From contig NC_068992.1 in NCBI RefSeq assembly GCF_001194135.2, positions 18,379,347 to 18,416,387 of the forward strand: a stretch of 37,041 bases of DNA, read 5' to 3'. The stretch is from Octopus bimaculoides (taxonomy: Eukaryota). Positions 1 to 10,676 of this stretch are shown here, in pieces. Numbering within the stretch: position 1 is the first letter of the stretch; each line of letters opens with the position of its first letter. Position numbers and translations under genes: made by a program. The notes under the pieces are model-generated. The model had not been told where the DNA came from, ran no database searches, and saw nothing but the letters and a program-made list of their open reading frames with translations.

Positions 1-189
1 ATGTTCACAAAATAATTAATGTATATTTTATAAACAATTTCCTTCATTCCTATCGTTAATAGCAGAATATTTACGTTCTTGGATGGCGATGCATTTCCAG
101 AAATTTTTTAATTTCAGTTCTCATTGATATTAAAATCTAAAACTCATTGGGAAATCGTCACAAATTTATACACCTACAGAGAAGCACAA

Positions 190-345
190 TCACACACACC
201 CCCCACACACACGCACATTCACACAAACGCACGCACACGCATACAAACACACACACACACAAGAACGTCCACACGCACCCATATCCACCCACAACACCAC
301 ATATATACTCGTCCGCACACGCATGTGCAGTCGCACATAAGCACA
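190..345. repeat. Imperfect (CA)n-rich microsatellite
   Basis: Runs of CACACA/CACGCA; source of the HT/CV-rich ORFs in the track. Confidence 0.9.
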
Positions 346-566
346 CTCAGGTGCTCTCCCAAGCATACACCCACACACAGGAGCCAACAAATCGAGCGCA
401 ATCATCCGTAAAAGGGTCGCTCATCTCGTTTCTTTAGAGATTTGATGCTAGACATTTCTAGATGTACAGTTTCATTGTTATAATATAAATATAATTTCGT
501 TTATCATTAATTAAAAACAATATACCAGAACTAAATAGCATGCGATGGTATAATATTTGGAGCAAT

Positions 567-928
567 TAAGGCGGTGAGATAGCAAAAACTTTAGAACGCC
601 AGGCGAATGCATAGCAGTATTTCGTCTGTCCTTAACGTTCTGCGTTAAAATTCCGCCTAGGTCGACTTTGCTGTTCAGCCTTTGGGGTCGATGAATTAAG
701 TACAAGTTCGTACTGGGGTCGATCTAATCGACTTATCGCCTTTCCCCAGCCAAATACTTAGCAGCATTTCGTCCGTCTTTACAGTCCGAGTTCAAATTCC
801 GCCGAGGTCGACTTTGTCTTTCATACTTCCGGGGTCGATAATTTAAGTACCAGTTATGTAATGGAGTCGATCTATTCGACTGGCTCCCCTCCCCAAAAAT
901 TTTGGGCCTTATGCATGGAGTAGAAAAG
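567..928 (+). mobile_element. SINE family A, head-to-tail dimer (monomer lacking tail plus 5'-truncated monomer)
   Basis: GGCGGTGAG head at 570; body motifs TTCCGCC.AGGTCGACTTTG and GGGGTCGAT..ATTAAGTAC occur twice; tail GGAGTAGAAAAG; flanked by identical AATATTTGGAGCAAT at 552-566 and 929-943. Confidence 0.9.
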
Positions 929-996
929 AATATTTGGAGCAATGGTAGAACGTTTGTCATATTTAAAAAAAAATAGGGTCGATACCCCACAGGGGC

Positions 997-1171
997 AGCA
1001 CACCGGGCAAATGACGTCCAAATTCCGCCGAGTTTGATCTTACCTTTCAACATTCTGGTGTCGATAAAATAAGTACCAGTTGAGTACTAGGATGGATGTA
1101 AACGACTAGTCTTCTCCCCTGAACTTGCTGGCCTTGTGCCAAAATTTGAAACCATTATTATTATTATTATT
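997..1171 (+). mobile_element. SINE family A, internally deleted copy with (TTA)n tail
   Basis: GCACACCGGGCAAATG joined to CAAATTCCGCCGAG; tail TTGCTGGCCTTGTGCCAAAATTTGAAACC followed by TTA repeats. Confidence 0.85.
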
Positions 1172-1174
1172 GAT

Positions 1175-1530
1175 AAGGTGACGTGATGGCAGACTCTTCA
1201 GCACGCCGGACAAAGTGCTAAGGATCATTTCGTTTGCCCTTACGTTCTCAGTTTAAACCCCACCGAGGTCTACTTTGCCTTTCATCCTTTCGAGGTCGAT
1301 AAATTAAGTAGCAGTGAAGCACTGGGGTCGTTTTAATTGAGTTATCCCCTTTCCCTCGCTAAATACTTAGCAGCATTTAACCCGTCTTTACGGTCTGACT
1401 TCCAATTCCGCCAAGGTTAATTTTGATTATATCCTTTCAGATTTGGTAAAATAAGCACTAAGGTCGCAGTAATCAGTTTAGTTCCTCCCTTGAAATTGCT
1501 GGCTTTGGGTAGGAATTTGAAACCAATATT
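1175..1530 (+). mobile_element. SINE family A, second head-to-tail dimer
   Basis: Diverged head TGGCAGACTCTTCAGCACGCCGG; two bodies; junction CCTTTCCC..GC.AAATACTTAGCAGCATTT as in 567-928; ends GAAACCAATATT. Confidence 0.85.
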
Positions 1531-2073
1531 TAGGTTCCACAAATCTGTCACTGTTTGAATGCTTTGGCCTTTTCGATTTTGATTCATTGACCACAGACAA
1601 CACTATAATGCGTATATGCGTGATAACCTTATACTCTAAGCGCTTAAGCCTCCAATCAATATGGATGTGTCTAATTCCGGAATTGTTGAAAGTTAGCAAT
1701 TTACCTTGAAATGAAAAATATTACATCATAGAACACAGACACATCTACAAAAAACAATGATAATATACATGAACTACACTTGACCGACAAACCATATTAA
1801 TTTCCTGTTCCTGTGGGAGCAATAACCAATTTAACGGTGATATTATTTCAATATGTGATAAAACATCATCTTGCCTATTGCTTTTCAAGCTATTGCGAAA
1901 ATCAGCCGAAGATCTTTGTTGAACTCCCTTGCTGGTAGCAAAAAGCCACATTAAGAAGTAACAAGTCTTAGACACATTAAAACGCTTTAACTACGTTATC
2001 GCTCATATATGCGCACACTAACGCAGGCGCATAGACTAATGCAACCATCCACCTGTACATGCTAAGATATGGT

Positions 2074-2076
<3 letters not shown>

Positions 2077-2123
<47 letters not shown>
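2077..2123. repeat. (GT)n microsatellite
   Basis: Perfect GT run. Confidence 0.95.
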
Positions 2124-2125
<2 letters not shown>

Positions 2126-2692
2126 TATGTGTTTATTTGCTTGCGTGTGTATGTATGTGTGCAGTAGATATGTATGTTGTGAGTGGGGGTGTCAGTTATG
2201 CATGTGGATGTGTGGAGGTGTGGGGAATATAAAAACATGGAAACAGTAAGGAAAAAGAGAATGACGGGGATAGAAATTTGGAAGCTGTTACAAAAAGGTG
2301 TTGTCGGTTAAAGCCAAACGTTACAGGAATTCGTAGTCTCAAATTGTGCCGGTTGTCTTGGCGAATACATATGTATATAAGCATACTTCTATATGATAAA
2401 TTCGAGGCATACCAATTGTGTTTCTGGTCGCTTTTCATCATTGACCTACGTGTTGTCCATCCGACATGGTGAAAACAGATGCCACATCTATCACAAAATC
2501 ACACCTTACAATCACACTTTAAAAAGATACAGCGGATCATACACCTCTGTGAATCCTTAGAAGATCGAGATGTTGACTTATATCTTGTATATGATTTATA
2601 GGACACCTCTGTCAAAGTTGGCATGAAATTCAACAACAAGAGTAAGAGAAAAATTAACAACTGCAGTTGTGTTTATTATTATTCGACACAAT

Positions 2693-2901
2693 AAGGCGGT
2701 GAGCTGGCAGAATCGTTAGCACGCCGGGCGAAATGCTTAACTAAGTTTTGAGATCAAATTCCACCGAGGTCGACTTTGCCTTTCATCATTTCGCTGTCCA
2801 TCAAATAAATACCAGTTAAGTACTGGTGTCGGTGTGATTGACTATCCCTCCCCACCCAAAATTTTCAAGGCTTTGTGCCTAGAGTAGAAATAATTATTAT
2901 T
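2693..2901 (+). mobile_element. SINE family A copy
   Basis: AAGGCGGTGAGCTGGCAGAATCGTTAGCACGCCGGGCGAAATGCTT head, small internal deletion, tail GTGCCTAGAGTAGAAA plus TTA repeats. Confidence 0.9.
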
Positions 2902-3738
2902 CTATACCATATATTTTATGTGTAGACATGAGCAACTTTACTTTCTATAGTTTCACAAGATGAATTAAGGATTATTTTGGCTATGCTCATAGTTGTATGC
3001 ACACAAGCATACATCCAAGACTTAATAAAAGACGCAATTTGGCAAATATGGACACACATACCAACACACACATACACACACACGCGCAGAGGACAAACAC
3101 GGAAAATTAAATACAAAATTTTCGAAATGCCAGTAAATAATTCTGTAAAATTTTCTTGAGATGGTTTGAGTGCAGAAAATTTCGTTACAGAAATGAACTA
3201 ATTGTCAATCTTTAAGTTATTTCGGTTATATACTTATTTATATTTAAACATGGAATAATAACAAAATAAAAGCTAAATCCAGCTTCATACAATGTATTTG
3301 AATTGAATTAGAATTTAACTTATTCACAAATAAATGGCATACAAAACAAGAGCATATAAATGTGCTCTCCTGACAGAATTCATTCACATTGCTTGTATAT
3401 GGACAAATATTATATTTTTTTTCCAGAGAATATTTGGAATAATCGCAGTGATTCGTCTATATTTTTACCGTTCAATAGAAGTGCCAGACACAGGTTCAAA
3501 GAGCAGACAAAAAAAAACAACTGCTCGCCAGCAGACAATTCGTGTTTGAGAACGTTGACGTGATGTAACAAATTAATAAATAGTCATTAGCTGACCCAAA
3601 AATAAATCCACATTGAGGAAGAAAGAACTAAAGAACCAGCAATGACACGATATTCTGTGTATACATACATACATCATATAAATAAATATGTATATATATA
3701 TATATTTGTGTGTGTGTATGTACTTATATATATGTACG

Positions 3739-3779
<41 letters not shown>

Positions 3780-4274
3780 NNNNNNNNNNNNNNNNNNNNN
3801 NNNNNNNNNNNNNNNNNNNNNNNNNNNNNNNNNNNNNNNNNNNNNNNNNNNNNNNNNNNNNNNNNNNNNNNNNNNNNNNNNNNNNNNNNNNNNNNNNNNN
3901 NNNNNNNNNNNNNNNNNNNNNNNNNNNNNNNNNNNNNNNNNNNNNNNNNNNNNNNNNNNNNNNNNNNNNNNNNNNNNNNNNNNNNNNNNNNNNNNNNNNN
4001 NNNNNNNNNNNNNNNNNNNNNNNNNNNNNNNNNNNNNNNNNNNNNNNNNNNNNNNNNNNNNNNNNNNNNNNNNNNNNNNNNNNNNNNNNNNNNNNNNNNN
4101 NNNNNNNNNNNNNNNNNNNNNNNNNNNNNNNNNNNNNNNNNNNNNNNNNNNNNNNNNNNNNNNNNNNTATATACATAGAGAGAGAGAGAGAGAGAGATAA
4201 ACATAGACAGATAGATATATATATATGTATATATATACATTTATACACACACACATACACATATATATATATGC

Positions 4275-4985
4275 GCCTACAGAGTATCTCAACACGCATG
4301 ATCGAGAAGTAGAATATGCTCACTGGGTAATTTGCAAAAACCTGGACCTGCCCCATGATAAAAACTGGTGGGAACACAAAACACTTCCATTCTTGGAAAT
4401 GATCACATCTCCCTCCTCTGGCACTTCTACATTCAAAATGACAGAGAGTTAGACGCGAATAGGCCAGACGTCATATTAAAAGACTTCAGACAAAAATCAT
4501 GCCTCCTCATTGATATGACTGTCCCAATCGATATAAATGTCAAGACCTACTGAAAACTGAGCAATCATAAAGATCTTGAAATAGAAATATCTGTTGTCAT
4601 AGGTTCCCTAGCAATGAAGTGCCCTAGGAATGATAGTGCGCTAGGAAAGATAGTGCCCTAGGAATGATAGCAAAAGGGACTGATTGTCACCTAGCTCAGA
4701 TGCCAAGAAACCCCAGAATGGCAGAAATTCAAAAGGTCGGGCTCCTGGGAACTGCTCATATCCTACGTAAAATACTGTCTATATAATCTCAAATTAGAAA
4801 AAAAAAATTTTGTTATGTTTTCTTAAACATTCTCTAGAACAACACTATGCACAAATTGAAATGTATGGCACCCTAGGCATAACACTAACATGAACTTCTA
4901 ACTTGTTGTCTCTTGAGGTCTCTGGGTGAGACTTGGATCCAACTTGTACAAATACAAAGCAAAGGTCAAACATAATAATAATGAT
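4275..4985 (+). mobile_element. 5'-truncated R4/Dong-type non-LTR retrotransposon (restriction-like endonuclease region, 3' UTR, TAA tail); pseudogenised
   Basis: Frameshifted translation TEYLNTHD..HWVICK..WWEH..LWHFYIQND..NRPDVILKD..LLIDMTVP..KL...DLEIE..VVIG..GMIAKG..IQK..LLGTAHILRKILSI* (stop 4784-4786) fits the RHD / PD..D / KY.L motif order of R4-clade RLE domains; ends in TAATAATAA at ~4972. Confidence 0.85.
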
Positions 4986-4998
4986 AGTAATAATTATA

Positions 4999-5490
4999 TG
5001 AACTTAACTGACCAGAAGTTTTATCACGGACATTGTATAAAAGACGGGCTACAGCAAGTACTCTGCAGATTTGCTCGTCAGCTATTTGACCTAAACTAGC
5101 TGAGCATATCCTTCGGTGTCTGACGATATCTGCATCTCTGTTCAGGATCGGAGGTAGTGGGGGAACATCATAGCAATTGAGAGGAATTCTTTGGAGTTTG
5201 AAGAAGTCACCTCTGGAAACATGGCTGTTTCGTTCAACATCCTTAAGTAACCCTTATTCAAGGACCATTCGAACGGGATGGGCTACTCAACCTGATGAAA
5301 ATTCTAACTGGGCCCCACCTGCAAGGTAATGCGCTGTTTATCTTGATATTAGATCACCATATCACACACGTATGGTTGCGATGCATGCGCCTTATCAGGC
5401 GGCTAGTTATAATTGTTACAATGGCCTTCGTATATTTTACCCCAGTGTCACTTTGATGGCATGTACTGCTCTCTCACTCAATAATAATAA
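4999..5490 (+). mobile_element. Unclassified ~480-bp non-coding interspersed repeat bounded by TAA repeats
   Basis: Sharply bounded, higher-GC block between TAA-like runs, ending CTCTCTCACTC(AAT)n. I recall this as a common octopus repeat (unverified); strand inferred from the tail. Confidence 0.5.
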
Positions 5491-5496
5491 TATTAT

Positions 5497-5710
5497 TTAT
5501 CCTTTCTGTTATAGGCATAAGGCTTGAAATTTTGAGGAGTGGGTAAGTGGATCACATCGATCTCAGTACTTGATTAATACTTACTTTATCGTTCCCGAAA
5601 TGATGAAGGCAAAATCAACCTCGGCGGAATTTAAACTGAGAACGCCAAGACGGGCCAAAAACACCTAAGCATTTCATCTATAGTGTGTTAACGATTCTGC
5701 CGACTCACCG
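5497..5710 (-). mobile_element. SINE family A copy
   Basis: Reverse complement of family A: AACCTCGGCGGAATTTAAACTGAGAACG and TAACGATTCTGCCGACTCACCG. Confidence 0.9.
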
Positions 5711-5721
5711 GGATTGGCGTT

Positions 5722-6230
5722 AATAGAGCAAAAAATTGGTACGACCACACACTTGAAGGCATCGTCGAAAATGGAAATGCAAAGAGCCTATGGGATTTTA
5801 TGATTCAGTGAGACAATGAGATTGAGAAGAGGAAGACGAACATAGTATTAATTGAGAAAAAAAAAACTATTCTGGATCATAGATATAGCATGTCCAGCTG
5901 ACAACAAGGTATGCGATAAGGAAAAAAGAAACGTCGAGAGATATGACAGGTTAGCTTGGGAAGTTAAGCAACTGTGGTCGATGAAAAAGGTAGCAGTAGT
6001 ATCAATAATTGTCGGAGCCCTGGGAACAGTGAGCAAAAATCTCGAAAAGTATGTGGAACAAATAGGAGCTGCAATAAGGTTGGAGCACTTGCAGGAAACA
6101 GCACTGCTTGGAACCACTGGAATACTCCGGAAGGTGCTCGAAAAATAAGAGGTGTTAACTTAGTTCACTGGTAGTGAACAGCTGACACTGTAATACATCT
6201 CCAGCGTTAGAAGCTAAGCAAAGACAATAA
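5722..6230 (+). mobile_element. Second R4/Dong-type LINE 3' fragment (different family from 4275-4985); pseudogenised
   Basis: NWYDH..VENGNAKSLWDFMIQ*D..RKTNIV then, after a frameshift, WIIDIACPADNKV..ERYDRLAWEVKQLWSMK..IIVGALGTV..LQETALLGTTGILRKVLEK* (ORF 5852-6148); short 3' UTR ending ACAATAA. Confidence 0.85.
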
Positions 6231-6682
6231 GACTTCGAACTTATGAACAGCAAGTCGACCCTGGGGGTGTTTTCTACGCAGAAGGTAAAGAGACTTGATT
6301 ATGTATCAGCAGATATTCTGTTTCTCTACACATTGCCATGTCCCTCCTCAACCCCCATCCAATGATAATAATAATAACCATATTTTTCTAAGTAACAAAA
6401 CAACGATGAACAAAAAAAACAAAACAAAAAATACAATACAACAATGGCTTCAATTAAATACACAGACACTCTCAAGTAATTAATATTTGAATAAGATTTT
6501 AAATTAAGTTCAGATTGAATTAGTCAAATTTGATTGCGAAAAATATTTGCAGATGGGCCCTGATCATGTTGAGAAAGAGAATCTGTATCAGGATTACTAT
6601 TAACAAAAGAAAAAAAAAGATTAAAAAAACTCAAACTATTCCATTATTTTGTACATGACGTATTTGAAAACAAATAATACAA

Positions 6683-6903
6683 AATATTGATTTCAAATTT
6701 TGGCACAAGGCCAGCAAGTTCATGAGGAGGGGATAAGCTGATTACAACGATGTCAGTATTTAACTGGTAACTTTTTATCGACCCCAGAAAGGGTAAAAAG
6801 CAAAGTAGACCTCGGTGGCATTTGAAGTCAGAACGTAAAGACGTACAAAGTGTCGCAAATCTTTTTGCCCTGTGTGGTAACGATTTTGCCAGCTCACCGC
6901 CTT
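6683..6903 (-). mobile_element. SINE family A copy
   Basis: TTTCAAATTTTGGCACAAGGCCAGCAAG tail through TTGCCAGCTCACCGCCTT head, reverse orientation. Confidence 0.9.
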
Positions 6904-7076
6904 AATAATAATCCTTTGTAATGTAGGTACAAGGCCTGAGAGTTTTGGGGAGAAATGAAGTAGTCGATTTGAACGTCCCCAGCAGTCCTCTGGTACTTAA
7001 TCTATCGACCCCGAAATGATGAAAGCAACCTCTGTGGCATTTGAAGTCAGAAAGTAAAAACGTCCAAATTGTCGCA
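6904..7076 (-). mobile_element. SINE family A copy, 5'-truncated, tandem with the previous copy
   Basis: (TAA) tail, GGTACAAGGCCTGA, TGGTACTTAATCTATCGACCCCGAAA and ATTTGAAGTCAGAA. Confidence 0.85.
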
Positions 7077-7394
7077 TAGTTAGCAGTGTATTCTGGCTAA
7101 CTATCTTTTGTAGATGATCGCCAAGGCGTGCTTATGAGGTACTAGCAGAATATTCAATTCATCACCGATCCGTGTTATTACAGATCAATCCGTGTTAAGC
7201 GTAACATGGTTTACAATTGCGCTACCGTGTTATAAGTGAGTAAGGAACATGACTACTTGTATTCAGCAAAACTGAGTGTTTTCTATAATGTTTTCTGATT
7301 TAAAATGGAAGAGTTTTGAGTGGAGGTTTTAGTGTATAAGATACACTGGTTCTTCGTTTTAATGAACTCTATTTTGATCAAAATTAAAGCTGGT

Positions 7395-7488
7395 AACGGC
7401 AGCATTTGATCTCAGAATGTAAAGAATCAACACAAATATGGCGGAGCGTTTCCCAACGCTCTAACTAATTTATCAGCTCGCCATCTTA
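7395..7488 (-). mobile_element. Degenerate SINE family A 5' fragment
   Basis: ATTTGATCTCAGAATGTAAAGA...CAACGCTCTAAC...CAGCTCGCC resembles the reverse-complement head and B-box region. Confidence 0.6.
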
Positions 7489-8246
7489 GTGCCTCACATG
7501 AGGATAATATTCGTATTAAGCCGCCAAGTGATACAAAAATATATTTTTAGATATTTATTTATATTCGATTAGCCACAGGTAAAGCATTAGTGAAACGATA
7601 TATCGAGTTCTAATTTAATTTATTTACTGACATATTTTATCGTAGAATACACAATATTATATACTGTTCTATTTCTAAAGCGGTGAGATATAACGTGAGA
7701 GGGATTTGGTTGCTATTCTCAGCAGGTTAAGCGAACTGGTGCGCCAGTGTTTGCCAGTAGGAAATTGTTGCAGGAAAAGATATAATCCTTCTATTTTCGA
7801 AACGTATAATTTAGAAAACTCTATATATAATTATAGAAATAGTGTATAATTATTGATAAAAAACACAAAACGTAGCGTCTACCTCTAATTTTTAAGCTGT
7901 ATTATTTTCGTTATTTTTCTATTAAATATTGATGTCATTGGCGAGATATTTATGTAGGAATTAAGAAGATTGATTTAAGAATAAAACACACTCATTTCTA
8001 AAATATATATTCTATAGACTATTTGTATCATCTCGTTTATTTTACATCGGGAAACACAATTTTCTGACACCTGTACACGATTGAATTAGGACCTCAGAAT
8101 CCAAAAATTACCCCAAGTTTTTTCTGCATCATCCCGACATTTTGACCTACATAATATACTTGCATCGTCGCAAGAACCATAAAAAAAAACGCGGTATGTA
8201 ACAAATTTCTTCTTATTTTATACAAAATCTTAAACATTTACATGCA

Positions 8247-8308
8247 AGGCAGTGCTCTAGCATGGCCACAGTCACGTGACTGAAACAAGTAAAAGGATAA
8301 AAGAATAA
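8247..8308 (+). mobile_element. SINE family B 3' tail fragment
   Basis: GGCAGTGCTCTAGCATGGCCACAGTCACGTGACTGAAACAAGTAAAAGGATAAAAG matches the tail of the 24066-24475 copy. Confidence 0.85.
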
Positions 8309-8360
8309 TAGAAAATAATAAAACACTGCAATTTTTCTTTTTCTTTTTATTTTTTAAAAT

Positions 8361-8837
8361 TCATTTTACTTGTTTCAATCAGACGGCGGCCATACTGTCG
8401 CACCGAATTTCAGTCGAGTGAATCGATCCCAGCACTTAGATTTCTTGATGCCCGGTACCTATTCTATTAGCCTTTCTTGCGGAATCGCTAGATTACAGGG
8501 ACGTAAACACAATATTGGTCAGGGACAAACATAACGACAAATACACACACACACACACACACAAACGCACACACACANNNNNNNNNNNNNNNNNNNNNNN
8601 NNNNNNNNNNNNNNNNNNNNNNNNNNNNNNNNNNNNNNNNNNNNNNNNNNNNNNNNNNNNNNNNNNNNNNNNNNNNNNNNNACGGGATTCTTTCAGTTTC
8701 CCTCTTCCAAATCTACTCACAATAATTTGGTAAACCCCAAGGTTTAGTAGAAGACACTTGGCTCAAGGTGTCTCGCAGAGGGGCTGAAGCCGGATCTACA
8801 ATAAATGGAAGCAACCTTCTTAACGCAGGATCACACA
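8361..8837 (-). mobile_element. SINE family B copy (central microsatellite spans an assembly gap)
   Basis: TTTTACTTGTTTCAATC tail; TTCTTTCAGTTTCC..CCAAATCTACTCACAA; TAGTAGAAGACACTTGGCTCAAGGTG; degenerate head ending ~8837. Confidence 0.8.
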
Positions 8838-9907
8838 ATGTAATTTTGTTCATACAAAGGATATTGTCACTGTAAGTCAGATTGTGCGTAAGGAGTTAAG
8901 GTAAAAATTTACGCTTATGGCTATTCCTTGAACGTTCTATCTGTGGACAATTTCGCTTTACATCCAACAATAGTCATTATCTGAAAGAAAGGAAATAAGT
9001 ATGAGAATAAATATTACGTTGGTGACTCACAAAAATAGAAATAAACGAAACAGGGTTACTTATATAAGGTCTACTAAGGACTTGTATACAGACATTTTAT
9101 GTATCGTTTACAGAATATAACAGTAAATGCATATACAGAGCAGCAACAGCGGGCTGTATCTACTATCCCAAATACATATGTATATATTCCACATAAATAT
9201 TTGTGGACATGCACCCAAAAAGGAAGATGCATGCATTTATAATCATACAAATACATCATTCATATGTTCACATAAATACTACATACAAAAAAAAACAAAC
9301 TTATGTCTCAAACCCCGGGACAAAATACCTGTACATTTCAAATACCCAGTTTACAGCCCGCCCGCTTCACAGCACAAATCTGTTCTCTGACCTCCTAACT
9401 CTGTACTACTGTGCTTGGCCACATTAATGTAATTTCACGCATCTTAACGACAAAGCCAGCTTCGAGCATCTCTCTTGAAACAGGAAGTTAAATCGTAAAG
9501 GATGAAGACCAGTTAAGGCATCTGACAACAATCGTGGCTTATTTGGAGGGAGGTTGGGAAATAATATAGGGTGTCATGCTTTTCAAAACACGAATTAAAG
9601 TCAACTAACCTGAAGAATATTGACTCCTTATCAATGAAATAATAAAAGCAATCAGCTATTGATTACGTGTAATCAATACAATTGTGCTTATTCACACTGT
9701 AAGCTGTAGAAAAGAAAGTTGATGTGGTAGAAGAAAACTGACAATTTTGGTCTACATGAAGTGAAAAATCAAACTCAATAGAAATTACGTTTAGAGTCGT
9801 CCCTCTGTGTGATATATTTTAACCCAAATAATTCTGTTAAGAAAATAACTCTTCAGCACAATTAAGGACGGAAACTTTTTCAATGGTGTCTTGTGAAGTA
9901 GCTCAAA

Positions 9908-9974
<67 letters not shown>

Positions 9975-9997
9975 TTATCTTTCTGTCTGTCTGTCTG
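9908..9997. repeat. (TATC)n followed by (TCTG)n tetranucleotide microsatellite
   Basis: About 16 TATC units, then TCTG units. Confidence 0.95.
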
Positions 9998-10636
9998 TGT
10001 GTCGAAAAAACAGCCCTGCTAAGAACAGCCCGCATCCTACGCAAGGCACTATCAATCCAACAATAAAACGTAAACAAAACAACCCACAAATACAAGACAC
10101 AGTCTATACAGCATTTACCTAATGAGATAAACTCCCACCAGCAAGCCAGAAACCAAAGCATTACACACGCAACACACAATACTAGTAACATAATAAAAGA
10201 ATGCACCACACCTCAAGGTAAAAAAGAAAAAAAAAACAACACAATACAGCACCAGAAAGAGTTTGCACACTCTCAACAACAGAAAAGAATATACAAAGCT
10301 GCATCCACCCCAGTAACACGGAGGTGTTGCAGGTGATGCAGTAGAAATATGCCTCAATCTACCAAATATTTAACAGTTATATAATTATAATATTATCCAC
10401 AGAGGGAATTTATGTATGTAAAATCCGTCCATTATTATTACCATACATATATATCTCCATATAGGTGTTTGCGTGTGTGTGTCTCTTTCTGTATGTGTGA
10501 GTGCGTATGTGTGAGTGCGTATGTGACAATTTATTTAAGATACTATTGTACATACTTGAGGTATTTTAAATCAGTGTTCGTTAAAAATCGCGTTGGCCGA
10601 AGCTATTTTTTTTAATGTTGGTGCCCNNNNNNNNNN

Positions 10637-10676
10637 GAAGAAGAAGAAGAAGAAGAAGAAGAAGAAGAAGAAGAAG
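10637..10676. repeat. (GAA)n microsatellite
   Basis: Perfect GAA run next to a 10-N gap. Confidence 0.95.

Noticed and set aside
124-437. His/Thr- and Cys/Val-rich ORFs here and at ~15216-15596, 18729-19563, 20790-21255, 34972-35470 and 36477-36709
   Set aside because: They are translations of CA/TG/TA microsatellites, open in several frames and on both strands, with no domain features.
3573-4377. The longest ORFs in the track (up to 240 aa), and similar ones at 13155-13677, 19697-20155, 25288-25806, 31300-31865 and 33423-34012
   Set aside because: They stay open only because they run through N-gaps and dinucleotide repeats.
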